Virus record (IMG/VR): IMGVR_UViG_3300037071_000543
Span: 1 to 53,731 of that record
Length of the DNA stretch: 53,731 nucleotides
DNA from: a virus
Taxonomy: Duplodnaviria > Caudoviricetes
Reading direction: 5' to 3' (one strand)
Shown: one piece after another, positions 37,680 to 47,223 of the stretch
Position numbering within the stretch: position 1 is the first letter of the stretch
Layout of the letters: each line of letters starts with the position of its first letter
The notes under the pieces: generated by a model
What the model saw: the letters and a program-made list of their open reading frames with translations, nothing else
What the model was told of the DNA's origin: nothing
The model's database searches: none
Translations under genes and position numbers: made by a program

Positions 37680-38896
37680 ATGAAAACAGCCTTCCAGACC
37701 TACGCCAGCCAAGCCCGGGAGAAGGGCGACACGGCGCTGGCCAAGCGGATCGAGATGGAAAGGCGGATGGCCAGTGCGCTGGTCAAGGCCTGCCTCGAAC
37801 GCGGCTACTGGGTCTCGGTCAATGACGGCGGCGAATGGGTGGTCAAGCACTCCCGCAGCTACCAGAGAGTGATGGAAGCCCTCTACTCGACCGACCTCGA
37901 CTTGGTTCGGATCAGCAAGCTGGACGACGAAGGCGCGATCAAGGGAGCCGGGACCTTCCACCTGATCTACGGGAATGACGGCTACGACCTGATCGCCGAC
38001 CACTCCGACAACGAAGCCTGCAACGCGATCTGGAACGAAGTGATCGGCCCGCTGGCCGACAAGATGCAGGCCTGACAACCGCGCCGGGGCGGACCCCCGG
38101 CATCCTCCACGGGGAAACCCAAATGACCGAGTTCGAAAAGTGGATGGCCAAGGTCGACGCCATCCTGATGAAGAAGTGCGGCCTCGACAGCCGCGACCTC
38201 GATGATTGGCGCTACGCCGACGCCTTCGAAGAGGGGGAGAGCCCCGCCCATGCGGCGAGGGACGCCTACGAAGCGGCGAACGGAGACTACTGATGGGCTA
38301 CCGAATTTACGAAACAGAAGGCCACATCCGCCGCACGGTCGCGGTGGACATCCCCTCGATCGCCGAGGCCCGCGCCTTCCTTGAGGGTTGGGGCGAGGTG
38401 ATCTGTTTCGAGCGCGATCCAGACTACGACGCCGCCGACTGCGCCCTGCTGCGCAAGAGCGGCAACCTCCACGTCTACGCCATCGAAAGGAACTGAAATG
38501 GAACGCTACCTTCAACTCTTCGAAGACCCCAAGGACGCCGTGGCCGAGGGTTACGCGGAGTTCAACCGCAACCCGACACTCACGGTCGACATCCCGGACG
38601 GCGGCTTCACCATCTCCGCCCGGACCAGCGAGGGCAAGCGGGTCACCTTCGCCTTCCAGCCCTACCGCCACGGCGGCCCGCCCCAGTGCGTCGATGTCGC
38701 CTACCACGACAACGGCACCTTCCGCCTCGATCGCCCGGACGACAAGATACCGACCTTCAACATCATAGTCTTCGGGCAGACCTCGCACGGTCGCGGCCAC
38801 TCCGACCAGTTGGACACCCGCAAGGCCGAGTTCAAGCCCGGGATCGTCTGTGTCCTGATGGACGGCAAGAAGGAGACCAACGATGCCGAGAAGTGA
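37680..38896 (+). CDS. Early hypothetical genes (37680-38075, 38123-38293, 38293-38496, 38498-38896)
   Basis: Strong RBSs and high-GC3 codon use; hairpin GCCGGGG-CGGAC-CCCCGGC near 38083-38101. Confidence 0.6.
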
Positions 38897-39674
38897 TTAC
38901 GAAGCCCGCCAGAACGCCCGCCGCGAGCGACTGGCTGACAAGGCCGAGCGGCTGCGCAAGGAAGCACAGGCCCGGTCCAAGGCGGGCTGGGACGCCCTGC
39001 ACGCCATCCCCTTCGGCCAGCCGATCCTTGTCGGCCACCACTCCGAGCAGCGCGATCGCAACTACCGCAAGCGCGCCATCGGCAACATCGACAAGTCGGT
39101 GATGCTCAACAAGGCCGCAGGCGAGGCCGAGGCCCGCGCCGACAACATGGGTAGCGGCGGAATCTCCAGCGACGACCCGACCGCGATCGACAAGCTCAAG
39201 GCCAAGCTGGCCAAGCTGGAGGCCGAGCAGGCGCAGATGGTCGCCACCAACAAGGCGGTGCGATCCAAGGACCCGACCGCCGCCCTGACCGCGCTGGGCT
39301 TCGGAGCCGCCACGATCGGCGCGCTGCTGACGCCCGACTACGCGGGGCGCAAGGGCATCCCGAGCTACGCCCTCTCGAACGCCAGCGCGGTGATCCGCCA
39401 GACCCGGCAGAGGATCGAGCAACTTGAACGCGAATGCACTCGCGTGCAAGTGGTGACCGAGACCAACATCGGGCTCACGGCGATCGAGAACACCGACGCC
39501 AACCGGGTGCAACTGATCTTCCCCGGCAAGCCCGACGCGGAGACCCGCACCCTGCTGAAGCGATACGGCTTCCGCTGGAGCCCGAGCGAAGGCGCGTGGC
39601 AGCGGCTCCTCAACAACGCGGGCATCTACGCGGCCCGCACCGTGATCGACCACCTCACAGCAAAGGAGACATAA
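38883..39674 (+). CDS. DUF3560 domain protein
   Basis: IPFGQPILVGHHSE, ISSDDP and LKRYGFRWSPSEGAWQR motifs. Confidence 0.85.
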   Translation: MPRSDYEARQNARRERLADKAERLRKEAQARSKAGWDALHAIPFGQPILVGHHSEQRDRNYRKRAIGNIDKSVMLNKAAGEAEARADNMGSGGISSDDPTAIDKLKAKLAKLEAEQAQMVATNKAVRSKDPTAALTALGFGAATIGALLTPDYAGRKGIPSYALSNASAVIRQTRQRIEQLERECTRVQVVTETNIGLTAIENTDANRVQLIFPGKPDAETRTLLKRYGFRWSPSEGAWQRLLNNAGIYAARTVIDHLTAKET

Positions 39675-40966
39675 ATGGCCAAGCAGTATCCCGACCGGAC
39701 CCTTGAGAAGGCGCTGCGCCAGCGCGGCTTCGATGTCGTCTGCCACTGGCAGATGAAGGGACCGCCCAACACGATGATCGCGTGGATGGAATACCTCTTC
39801 GCCAGCAACGGCGAGGTGGGCGGCGGGATGATCGTCCAGACCTTCAAGGAAGGCGGCTGGTCCGTCTACGTCGCGCCGACCCACAAGAACGACACCGAGA
39901 CCACGATCGACGCGGTGATCGCAACACTCGAAAGGAAATGCACATGACCAAGCATGACGACCGGCTCCCGGCATTCTGCGCCAGCCGGATGCCGACCACC
40001 AACGAGCCTATCCTCCTTCACCGGGGCCACAAGGGTTTCTGGCCCGCGCCTTTCCCGGAGTTCGACCCGGAGGAGTTCAACCGCGACATGGGCGTCACCA
40101 ACGCGCAGCGGATGGCGATGGAGATCGGATCGATCTTCGGCTTCGACGTTCCCGGGGCGAACCCGGACATGCACACCCACCTCAACTGTGGAGAGACCAA
40201 ATGAACACCCACCGCTTTGACAGCACGGGCGATGCCTACGACGAATGCCAGTGGAACGAAGAGGTCAAGACCGGCGACACGCTGGTGATCGAGGAGCCCG
40301 ACTGGCGCGGCGGTGTCATCGGGCGCGACGAAGACGGCTTCAAGGTCTACGCCCACGCGGACAATCCGATCGCCATCACCGTAGTCGGGCTGGCATGGGC
40401 GTGGCCGCTGGCGGTCACCGTCGAGCGCGGCGAGCTTCACACCATCGAGGACAGCCTCGACGCCTACGAGCGCGTGATCGCCGACGCTGGCATCACCTGC
40501 GACCAGATCAAGGTGGCGCTCGACGCGGCCACGGGCATCAACGCCCCGGTTCGCCCGCTCTGGAGCGAATACCTCAAATCGAAAGGCAAAAATTAACATG
40601 CCCTACAAGAGCGACACTCACCCGCGCTGCCGGTACTGCGGAGAACTGATCCGCAAGTACACGCACACCGTCTGGTTCAACCGCCCGCGAAGCGGTCGAC
40701 CGGAAATCCCGCGCACCAAGGAGGAGGCGCAAAAACTCATCAACGGCGTCATCACATCGGTCAGATGGGAACGTTACGACCCCGACGCCCTCTGCAAGGT
40801 GGTTGGCAAGCCCGAGTACGATTACATCGACTGGATCGGCGTGTGGGACGGCGAGAGCTATGTCCATGAGTTCTTCTGCAACGGCGAGCACGCCAAGCAG
40901 TTCGCCAACCTGATGGCCAGCAACGGCCACGTCACGCGGGCCTTCATCGCCAAGGGTGGAGCCTGA
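39675..40966 (+). CDS. Early hypothetical genes (39675-39947, 39944-40204, 40201-40596, 40598-40966)
   Basis: Coupled ORFs with RBSs. Confidence 0.6.
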
Positions 40967-41856
40967 TGCTCCTCCCGCAGGCCGACGCCGTGAACGTGAT
41001 AACCGAAGTGCTTGAACACCTCGCCGACTGGCCGATCAAGACCGCTGCCGGATTCCGCAATGCGGTCTTGGAAGGCGGCTTCGCCGTCAACCCGCTGCTC
41101 AACATCAAGAAGGAGGAGGACGCGCTGTTCCTGAAGGCTGGCATCGAGACGACCGTGCGCGAAGGCCGCATGATCGACTTCGGATTCCTGCCCAACGACC
41201 TCATCAAGCTGGAGAGCGTGCGCTCCCGCAAGATGTTCGAGGCGCAAGAGTTCGATCTGCCCTACGAAATCTGGCTGGGCGTGGCGCGCTGGGAAGGCGG
41301 GATGAACGGATACCTATTCAGCCAGTCGCCCTACAACCCCACCGACATCACCGCGATCGAACTCTACGGCGTGACGATCCCCCACTTGGGCGACCTGATC
41401 CTTGTCTATGATGTCATCAGCATCGACATCGGAACCCCGACCCGAGTCCGGGTGGCCGACTTCGGCGCGCCGCAGACCGTCGAGGATATGGAAGCCCGTG
41501 GCGCGAACTCCCTCGACCCGCTGGTTACCTTCCTCCGCCTGCTGGCCGACGCCTCGATCCCGGTCGCGGACATCCCGGAGCCGGTCAAGTTGAACAAGGC
41601 GCGGGCCAAGCACGGCAAGCTGCCGATCCCGCCGCATACCGAGGTCTGCACCCGGGATTATGTGGTTGCCTTCCGATCGGCCAGCACGGCCACAGGGGAA
41701 GGCAGGGGCGGGCATCACGCCTCACCCGTGGCACACTGGAGGCGGGCGCACCATCGCCGTCTGGCGAGCGGGAAAGTGGTGCCAGTGCGGTCGAGCAAGG
41801 TGAACTGGCGAGACACGGCGGAGATGCACCGGCTGTTTTACCGGGTGCCAAAATAA
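40966..41856 (+). CDS. Conserved phage protein with C-terminal HASPxxHWRRxH motif
   Basis: KLNKARAKHGKLPI...HHASPVAHWRRAHHR. Confidence 0.65.
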   Translation: MLLPQADAVNVITEVLEHLADWPIKTAAGFRNAVLEGGFAVNPLLNIKKEEDALFLKAGIETTVREGRMIDFGFLPNDLIKLESVRSRKMFEAQEFDLPYEIWLGVARWEGGMNGYLFSQSPYNPTDITAIELYGVTIPHLGDLILVYDVISIDIGTPTRVRVADFGAPQTVEDMEARGANSLDPLVTFLRLLADASIPVADIPEPVKLNKARAKHGKLPIPPHTEVCTRDYVVAFRSASTATGEGRGGHHASPVAHWRRAHHRRLASGKVVPVRSSKVNWRDTAEMHRLFYRVPK

Positions 41857-41864
41857 TTTCGTTT

Positions 41865-41910
41865 CGTAGTACGATTTCTGTTGACCGGCCCGCGAATATC
41901 GTAGTACGGT
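41865..41910 (+). promoter_or_regulatory. Early promoter with paired CGTAGTACG boxes
   Basis: CGTAGTACG at 41865 and 41900; TTGACC at 41881. Confidence 0.65.
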
Positions 41911-41930
41911 ATTCGTGAAAGGAGCCGACA

Positions 41931-42579
41931 TTGAACGACAAGACCGACATCATCAGCGGCGGGGTCGTGGAACTGAATGGCAGGCGCTACAGCGTCAACC
42001 AGTTCAACCGGACCCTGAGCATCGCCAACATCACCCGGCGCTGGAGCGGCGGCGGGGTCATCACGGTCTACCGCAGCCTCAACCGCTTCGGCCCGACCTT
42101 CAAGGCGGTCTCGGTCGCCTACTGGGCCGGAAAGGAGACCTCATGACCATCCTCTGCGACACCATCTTCGAGTTCCTCGACGTGATCGACGGGCTCGTCC
42201 GGCGCGGCCTGACCTTCCGGGCCGACGCCAAGACCTTCACCATCGAACTCACCGGAGGCTACTGATGAACAAGGCAAGAGAAGCCCTGACCCGCGCGGTC
42301 AACAAGGCGATCGCTGACGGAGCGCCGCGCTACGTGAACAAGCCCGCCTTCGACTGGAAGACCTACCCCAACCCCGACGACATCCGCAGCGGGTGCAAGG
42401 TCTCTTGGTACTACTACCGCAGCCGCGAGGATGCGGAAGCCTGCTCCGTGGCCGCCAAGCACAACGCCATCCGGCAGAGGGAGCTTGGCTTCGACTTCGG
42501 CTACCAGAGCCCGGGCTCGATCGAGATGGCTCACCCCAACTCCAAGTACGCCGGGATGTGGGAGGTGTGCCTCCCTTGA
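41931..42579 (+). CDS. Early hypothetical genes (41931-42146, 42143-42265, 42265-42579)
   Basis: Coupled ORFs with AAGGAG RBSs. Confidence 0.6.
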
Positions 42580-43112
42580 CCACGGCAGACATCCGCAACA
42601 TCGTTCAAGATCAAGCCGAAGGCTGGGCGCTCATCGGAGCGCCCGCCCTGATGGAGCGGTTCGTGCTCCGCAACGGCCAAGTCTGCAAGGGCGGCAAGCT
42701 GCCCACTGGCTACCGGCGAGGCCGGGCCAAGCAGTGCTTCATGAACTCGATCAAGCTGGTCACCCGCAAGCCCGGGCTCCGCTACGTCGAGGGCTACACG
42801 ATGGGCGACGAAATCCCCTTCCTCATCCATCACGGATGGGCGCTCGACGCCGACGACCGGGTGATCGACGTGACCCTGCCGGAGCCCGACCGATACCAGT
42901 ACATCGGCATCGTGATGACCCGCGAGAGGATGCTGGATGAAGTATCCCGCCTCGATGTCTACGGCGTCCTCGATACCGGCTGCGGGCTCAACGCCGACTT
43001 CATGTTCCGCCACGACCCGCCGCTGGAGGCGATCGTCAAAAAGGTGATCGCGGACGGCAAGAACTACCGCGCCATCCTCCAGAGCAACCACGAAGAAAGG
43101 ACCGACCAATGA
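42576..43112 (+). CDS. Papain/transglutaminase-like Cys-His-Asp protein
   Basis: QCFMNS...YVEGY...IHHGW...VIDVT. Confidence 0.5.
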   Translation: MTTADIRNIVQDQAEGWALIGAPALMERFVLRNGQVCKGGKLPTGYRRGRAKQCFMNSIKLVTRKPGLRYVEGYTMGDEIPFLIHHGWALDADDRVIDVTLPEPDRYQYIGIVMTRERMLDEVSRLDVYGVLDTGCGLNADFMFRHDPPLEAIVKKVIADGKNYRAILQSNHEERTDQ

Positions 43113-43315
43113 CCGAAACGATCGACCTGACACCGACATGGCTGGGCGTCCTGCCCGCGCTGCTGGCGGCCTACGAGAACGGCACATGGCGCGGCAAGAC
43201 GATCGCGCTTGAGGAACTGACCCGCATGGCCAAGCTCGCCGACAAGTACGCGGCGATCGGGAAGGCGGATTTCGAGGCCGAGAAGGCCCTGAAGATGGCA
43301 ACGGAGGGACGCTGA
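43109..43315 (+). CDS. Hypothetical protein
   Basis: TIDLTPTWLGVLP motif; coupled. Confidence 0.6.
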   Translation: MTETIDLTPTWLGVLPALLAAYENGTWRGKTIALEELTRMAKLADKYAAIGKADFEAEKALKMATEGR

Positions 43316-43316
43316 C

Positions 43317-43664
43317 ATGCTGGAACTGAAATCGGCCAAGGGCGACCGCGCCCAACACTACCAGAACCTCAACGACTGGAGCCGCAACGGCTACCCGGCG
43401 CGCGAGATGCTGGGCAAGTTCTGGCAGATCGACGCCTACACCTACGACGAGGCGCTGGGCCAGCTTCCCCCGGAATACTGTCCGGGCGGCTTCCGCTGGA
43501 TCGAGTACCTGACCGGCGACATCTCCGCCACCTTCATCCGCGTCGGCGGCGACTATTGGTGCGGCTACACCGACAAGACCTCGACCAAGCCGGGCCTTCT
43601 CATCAACACCGTGACCAAGCGGATGATCGAGGGAGCCCGCCGATCGGCCCAACGGGTTTCGTAG
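43317..43664 (+). CDS. DUF1419-like protein
   Basis: IDAYTYDEALGQLPP...FRWIEYLTGDISATF...YWCGY. Confidence 0.55.
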   Translation: MLELKSAKGDRAQHYQNLNDWSRNGYPAREMLGKFWQIDAYTYDEALGQLPPEYCPGGFRWIEYLTGDISATFIRVGGDYWCGYTDKTSTKPGLLINTVTKRMIEGARRSAQRVS

Positions 43665-43691
43665 CACGGACCCCTTGCATTCCGTAGTACA
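43660..43691 (+). promoter_or_regulatory. Promoter with CGTAG(C/T)AC(G/A) boxes
   Basis: CGTAGCACG at 43660, TTGCAT at 43675, CGTAGTACA at 43683. Confidence 0.55.
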
Positions 43692-43723
43692 AATCACCAC
43701 GTTCGAATATGGAGGTTAAGACG

Positions 43724-44621
43724 ATGACGCAACGCCAGAAACTCAAGGCCATCATGGCCCACCCCTACTACCAGACGCTCCGCAAGAGCTTCGGCGCGAA
43801 GGACTCGCTGGCCACGATCCGGCTCCTGATCGCCTTCAACACGGGGCAGAAGACCACCCAACCCGAGAACCGGAAGGAATGCAAATGACCGACCTGATAG
43901 CCATGCCGACACTGGGCAAGACCGAGAGCGGCGGCGAAATCAAGATGCGCCGCACCCTGATGCCGAGCGCGGGCGCGGTCCCGGCTGAAATCGTGCTCTG
44001 CTACCTCCCGCACAATCCGGTCACGCCCTTCGTGACGTGGCAGCGCAACACCGACGAGTTCGTGTCGACCTACTGGGGCCACTACTTCCAGAGCAGCGAG
44101 ACCGACGAAGCGATCGCCGACTTCCTGAAGCGGGGGAGGTAGACATGCAGGCCAAGGACATCAAGATCGGCAACGAATACGCGGTCCAATACAGCGGCAA
44201 GATCGTCTTCCTGCGGGCGGTCGAGACGATCGCCGTCAATGACGGTCGCGTCACGACCAACCACGTCGCTGGCTACCTCGACGGCGAGACCGGCTACTCG
44301 AAAGTGCGGTTTCCGGTGAAGTCCATCCTTGATGACGCCGAATCCTACAAGCTGGCGGAGGCCGAGAAAATCCGCCGTCGAGCGGCTGAAGAGGCGCGGC
44401 TCGCGACCGAGACGAAGAAGAGGGAATATGCCAGTTGCCTGCTTGCCAAAGCGATCGGCGCGGCAGTCATCTTGGAGAGTAGGGCCAGCCCGAACCGGGA
44501 GAAGCTGGACGGCCCTTGCATCTCTGCCGTCCGCCGCGACATTACGATCAACCAGCACGCCATCGACGCCCTGACCAACTTCTTGCAAGACCAAGGCGTC
44601 AAACTGGATGAAGAGATGTAA
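43724..44621 (+). CDS. Early hypothetical genes (43724-43888, 43885-44142, 44145-44621)
   Basis: GGAGG RBSs; coupled. Confidence 0.6.
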
Positions 44622-44648
44622 GATCGGCCAGCAACCGAGGGCACGATC

Positions 44649-45479
44649 ATGGCTGACCTAATCCCCACCCAGCAACCGGCATTCATGGGCGAGTGGAATT
44701 TCGTCACCACCTACACCGCACCGCCGTCAACCGGGCAGGTGCGGATCAACAACGCCACGCAGACCGCCGCGACCTTGTTGTGGGTCCATGAGGTGACCGC
44801 CAACGGTCTCGATGCGATCCCGGTCCTGTCGCAGCTTGTGCCCGGGCATGTGCTCGACATGCACGACAAGGACGATCCGCTCAAGTGGCAGCACTATGTC
44901 GTCACCGCGCCGCCGATCGACAAGGGCACCTACTGGGAGATTCCGGTCGCTTGGCTGAAGGGCGGCAACGCCGTCACCCAGCAGCGAATCATGTTCTCCT
45001 GCGTCGGCATACGTGTCGCGGTCACTGGCCGCCAGATGGCAGTCAGCCGTGGCAGCTTGACCGTCGACCTATCGAAGAGCGTCACGGTCTACCTGCAAGG
45101 CGCGGCGATGATCGCCCGGACCCCGGCAACGATCGAAAGCACGGGCGAGACCATCCATCACGAATATGCCTTCCCGTTCAGCAACGCGGCTGGCATCAGC
45201 CCCGGCATGACCTTGCGGCAATGGTACGCCGGGCAGGCCGCGATGGGCTTCATCTCCGCGAACCCAGCCGCCAATCTAGTCGGCAAGCTATCGCAGCTTG
45301 CGTTCCGGGTGGCCGACTCGATGATCGCTTTCGAGCGGCGGGAAGCTGCCGGGTTTATCGAGCCGCCTGTACCCACGGCGCAGCCGCCGCGCGGATCACA
45401 GACTCCGCCATTGAGGCAGTCGATCGCGCCCGGCAAGGCGCAGATAACTGTCCTACAAAAAAGATCGGTGAGGGGTTGA
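44649..45479 (+). CDS. Chimeric protein: fibre-like N-terminus plus AFP...GMTLR-type C-terminus
   Basis: PPSTGQVRINNATQTAAT..., VTGRQMAVSRGSLTV, AFPF...GMTLRQWYAGQA...AFRVADSMI. Confidence 0.55.
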   Translation: MADLIPTQQPAFMGEWNFVTTYTAPPSTGQVRINNATQTAATLLWVHEVTANGLDAIPVLSQLVPGHVLDMHDKDDPLKWQHYVVTAPPIDKGTYWEIPVAWLKGGNAVTQQRIMFSCVGIRVAVTGRQMAVSRGSLTVDLSKSVTVYLQGAAMIARTPATIESTGETIHHEYAFPFSNAAGISPGMTLRQWYAGQAAMGFISANPAANLVGKLSQLAFRVADSMIAFERREAAGFIEPPVPTAQPPRGSQTPPLRQSIAPGKAQITVLQKRSVRG

Positions 45480-45503
45480 CACCCTGTAACCAATGGCTAC
45501 ATT
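45476..45503 (+). promoter_or_regulatory. Sigma70-like promoter overlapped by a 17-bp operator
   Basis: TTGACA-16-TACATT; TGTAACCAATGGCTACA at 45485-45501. Confidence 0.65.
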
Positions 45504-45537
45504 TATGTAAGAAGAAACGTTCTTGATGGGATAGATC

Positions 45538-46455
45538 ATGAACCAGACAAGTCGGAGGGAGCCCGCCCGGGGCGGCTACCTCTTCGAAGATCACGAAGGC
45601 ACGGACCTCCGCGCCTCACCCCGGTCCTCAAACGACGACATCCGCCGCAACACCTCGATCGTCAACGGTGGCGATCGCACGGAGATGGTCGACTGCCCGA
45701 AGTGCCGGGGCTCTGGCATGACGCGGTGGGGAGCCTGCTTCAGGTGCCAGAAGTCTGGCCAGCGCGGCAAGGTCTCGATGCGATCGGCAGCAGCCAGCAA
45801 GGCGGTGAAGACCCGCGAGAAGAACGTGTGGGAGGCACGCGAGGAGTTCAACCGCGAGTGCTCCAAGGAACTGGCCTACATGGCCAAGCGAGCCGACAAG
45901 GGCTCGACCTTCTACCGGGGCCTGCTCGACGGGCTCAACACCTACGGGACGCTCACCGAGAACAAGCTGGCGATCGTCCGGGCCGATATGGCCAAGGACG
46001 CCGAGTTCTGGGCCGCCAAGCGCGCCGCCGCCCCGGTGGTGAACATCTCCGCGATCGAAGCCCTCTTCGCCACGGCGGTCGAGAACGACATCAAGCGCCC
46101 GGTCTTCCGCGCTGACGGGCTGGAAATCAGCCGGGCACCCGCGACGGGCCGCAACGCTGGCGCTCTCTACGTCCGCAGGGATGGGGAGTACGCGGGCAAG
46201 ATCGCGGGCGGCAAGTTCCAGAAGGTCTACAACGCCCCCGCCGACACGCTGGATCGCCTGCTCGCGGTCGCGGCTGACCCGCTGGCCGAGAGCGTCAAGT
46301 ACGCTCGCAAGACCGGCAACTGCGGATGCTGCGGGCGCGGGCTGGTCGATCCGGTCTCGATCCGCTCCGGGATAGGCCCGATCTGCGCTGAGAAGTGGGG
46401 CCTCGACTGGAGGCGCGATGCGGCTCGCGAGAGCCTGCGCGCGGAGGAAGAGTAG
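45538..46455 (+). CDS. DUF6011 domain protein with N-terminal Zn finger
   Basis: CPKCRGSG..CFRC; C-terminal TGNCGCCGRGLVDPVSIRSGIGPICA. Confidence 0.75.
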   Translation: MNQTSRREPARGGYLFEDHEGTDLRASPRSSNDDIRRNTSIVNGGDRTEMVDCPKCRGSGMTRWGACFRCQKSGQRGKVSMRSAAASKAVKTREKNVWEAREEFNRECSKELAYMAKRADKGSTFYRGLLDGLNTYGTLTENKLAIVRADMAKDAEFWAAKRAAAPVVNISAIEALFATAVENDIKRPVFRADGLEISRAPATGRNAGALYVRRDGEYAGKIAGGKFQKVYNAPADTLDRLLAVAADPLAESVKYARKTGNCGCCGRGLVDPVSIRSGIGPICAEKWGLDWRRDAARESLRAEEE

Positions 46456-46546
46456 GGGGGAGGGTGGCCGCGCTTCCGGGGGGATGAGTGGAGGTGGTGC
46501 GGCCACCCAAGTTCTCATGGCAAATGAGAGACGAAAGGACACTATC

Positions 46547-46924
46547 ATGAAATCGCTGGCTTTGGCACTGGCACTTTTTGCCAGCCCGGCCTTTGCCGAC
46601 GCCAGCCTGCCGCCACCCCAGTACGACATCGGTGGCGAAGCCGAATGGGAGACGGTGGCGCTCCTCAAGGAAATGTTCGGAGCCGACACGCCGGTCCTCT
46701 ACGGGGTCGCGGTCGAGGACGTAAAGTTCTTCTGCGACTTCATTTCGATCGAGCGGTACGGGACATTCTACCCAGCGGTGACTGGACCCGGCGAGACGCT
46801 GGTCGGATGCCTGATCCGCGATGAGCCCGACTATTCGAACCCGGCGATCGTCTACTCCTCCGGGAAGGTTTTGAGACACGAAGTCGGCCACCTGCTTGGC
46901 TGGCCCGGGGAGCACCCGCGATGA
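46547..46924 (+). CDS. Secreted protein with HExxH motif
   Basis: Signal peptide MKSLALALALFASPAFA; VLRHEVGHLLGW. Confidence 0.55.
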   Translation: MKSLALALALFASPAFADASLPPPQYDIGGEAEWETVALLKEMFGADTPVLYGVAVEDVKFFCDFISIERYGTFYPAVTGPGETLVGCLIRDEPDYSNPAIVYSSGKVLRHEVGHLLGWPGEHPR

Positions 46925-47223
46925 GCGACATGCTGGCTATGATCGTGAAGCAGCCAAGGAACTACTGCGCCACGGCGGGCGACGTGTGGGCATCGATCGA
47001 CACCATTGCCGAGATGTCCGGGATGTCGCTGGGCAGGCTGGCACTCACGGCTGACCTCGACCAGTCGATGTTCGCTCCCAGTCGGCGGGCGCGCAACGCG
47101 CTGTCACTGTCCACGATCCTCAAGCTGCTCGACGCCTTGGACCTTACGATCGGCGACTGGGCAGAACTGGTCGAGGCCGAGGTAGCGAAGCGCATCGATT
47201 ACGAACGCAGGAGAGGTTTATGA
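46921..47223 (+). CDS. XRE-like HTH protein
   Basis: VWASIDTIAEMSGMSLGRLALTADLDQSMFAPSRR...LSTILKLL. Confidence 0.6.
   Translation: MSDMLAMIVKQPRNYCATAGDVWASIDTIAEMSGMSLGRLALTADLDQSMFAPSRRARNALSLSTILKLLDALDLTIGDWAELVEAEVAKRIDYERRRGL

Noticed and set aside
37285-37680. Complete BrnT-BrnA toxin-antitoxin module
   Set aside because: No BrnT-like ORF upstream; the space is a divergent promoter.
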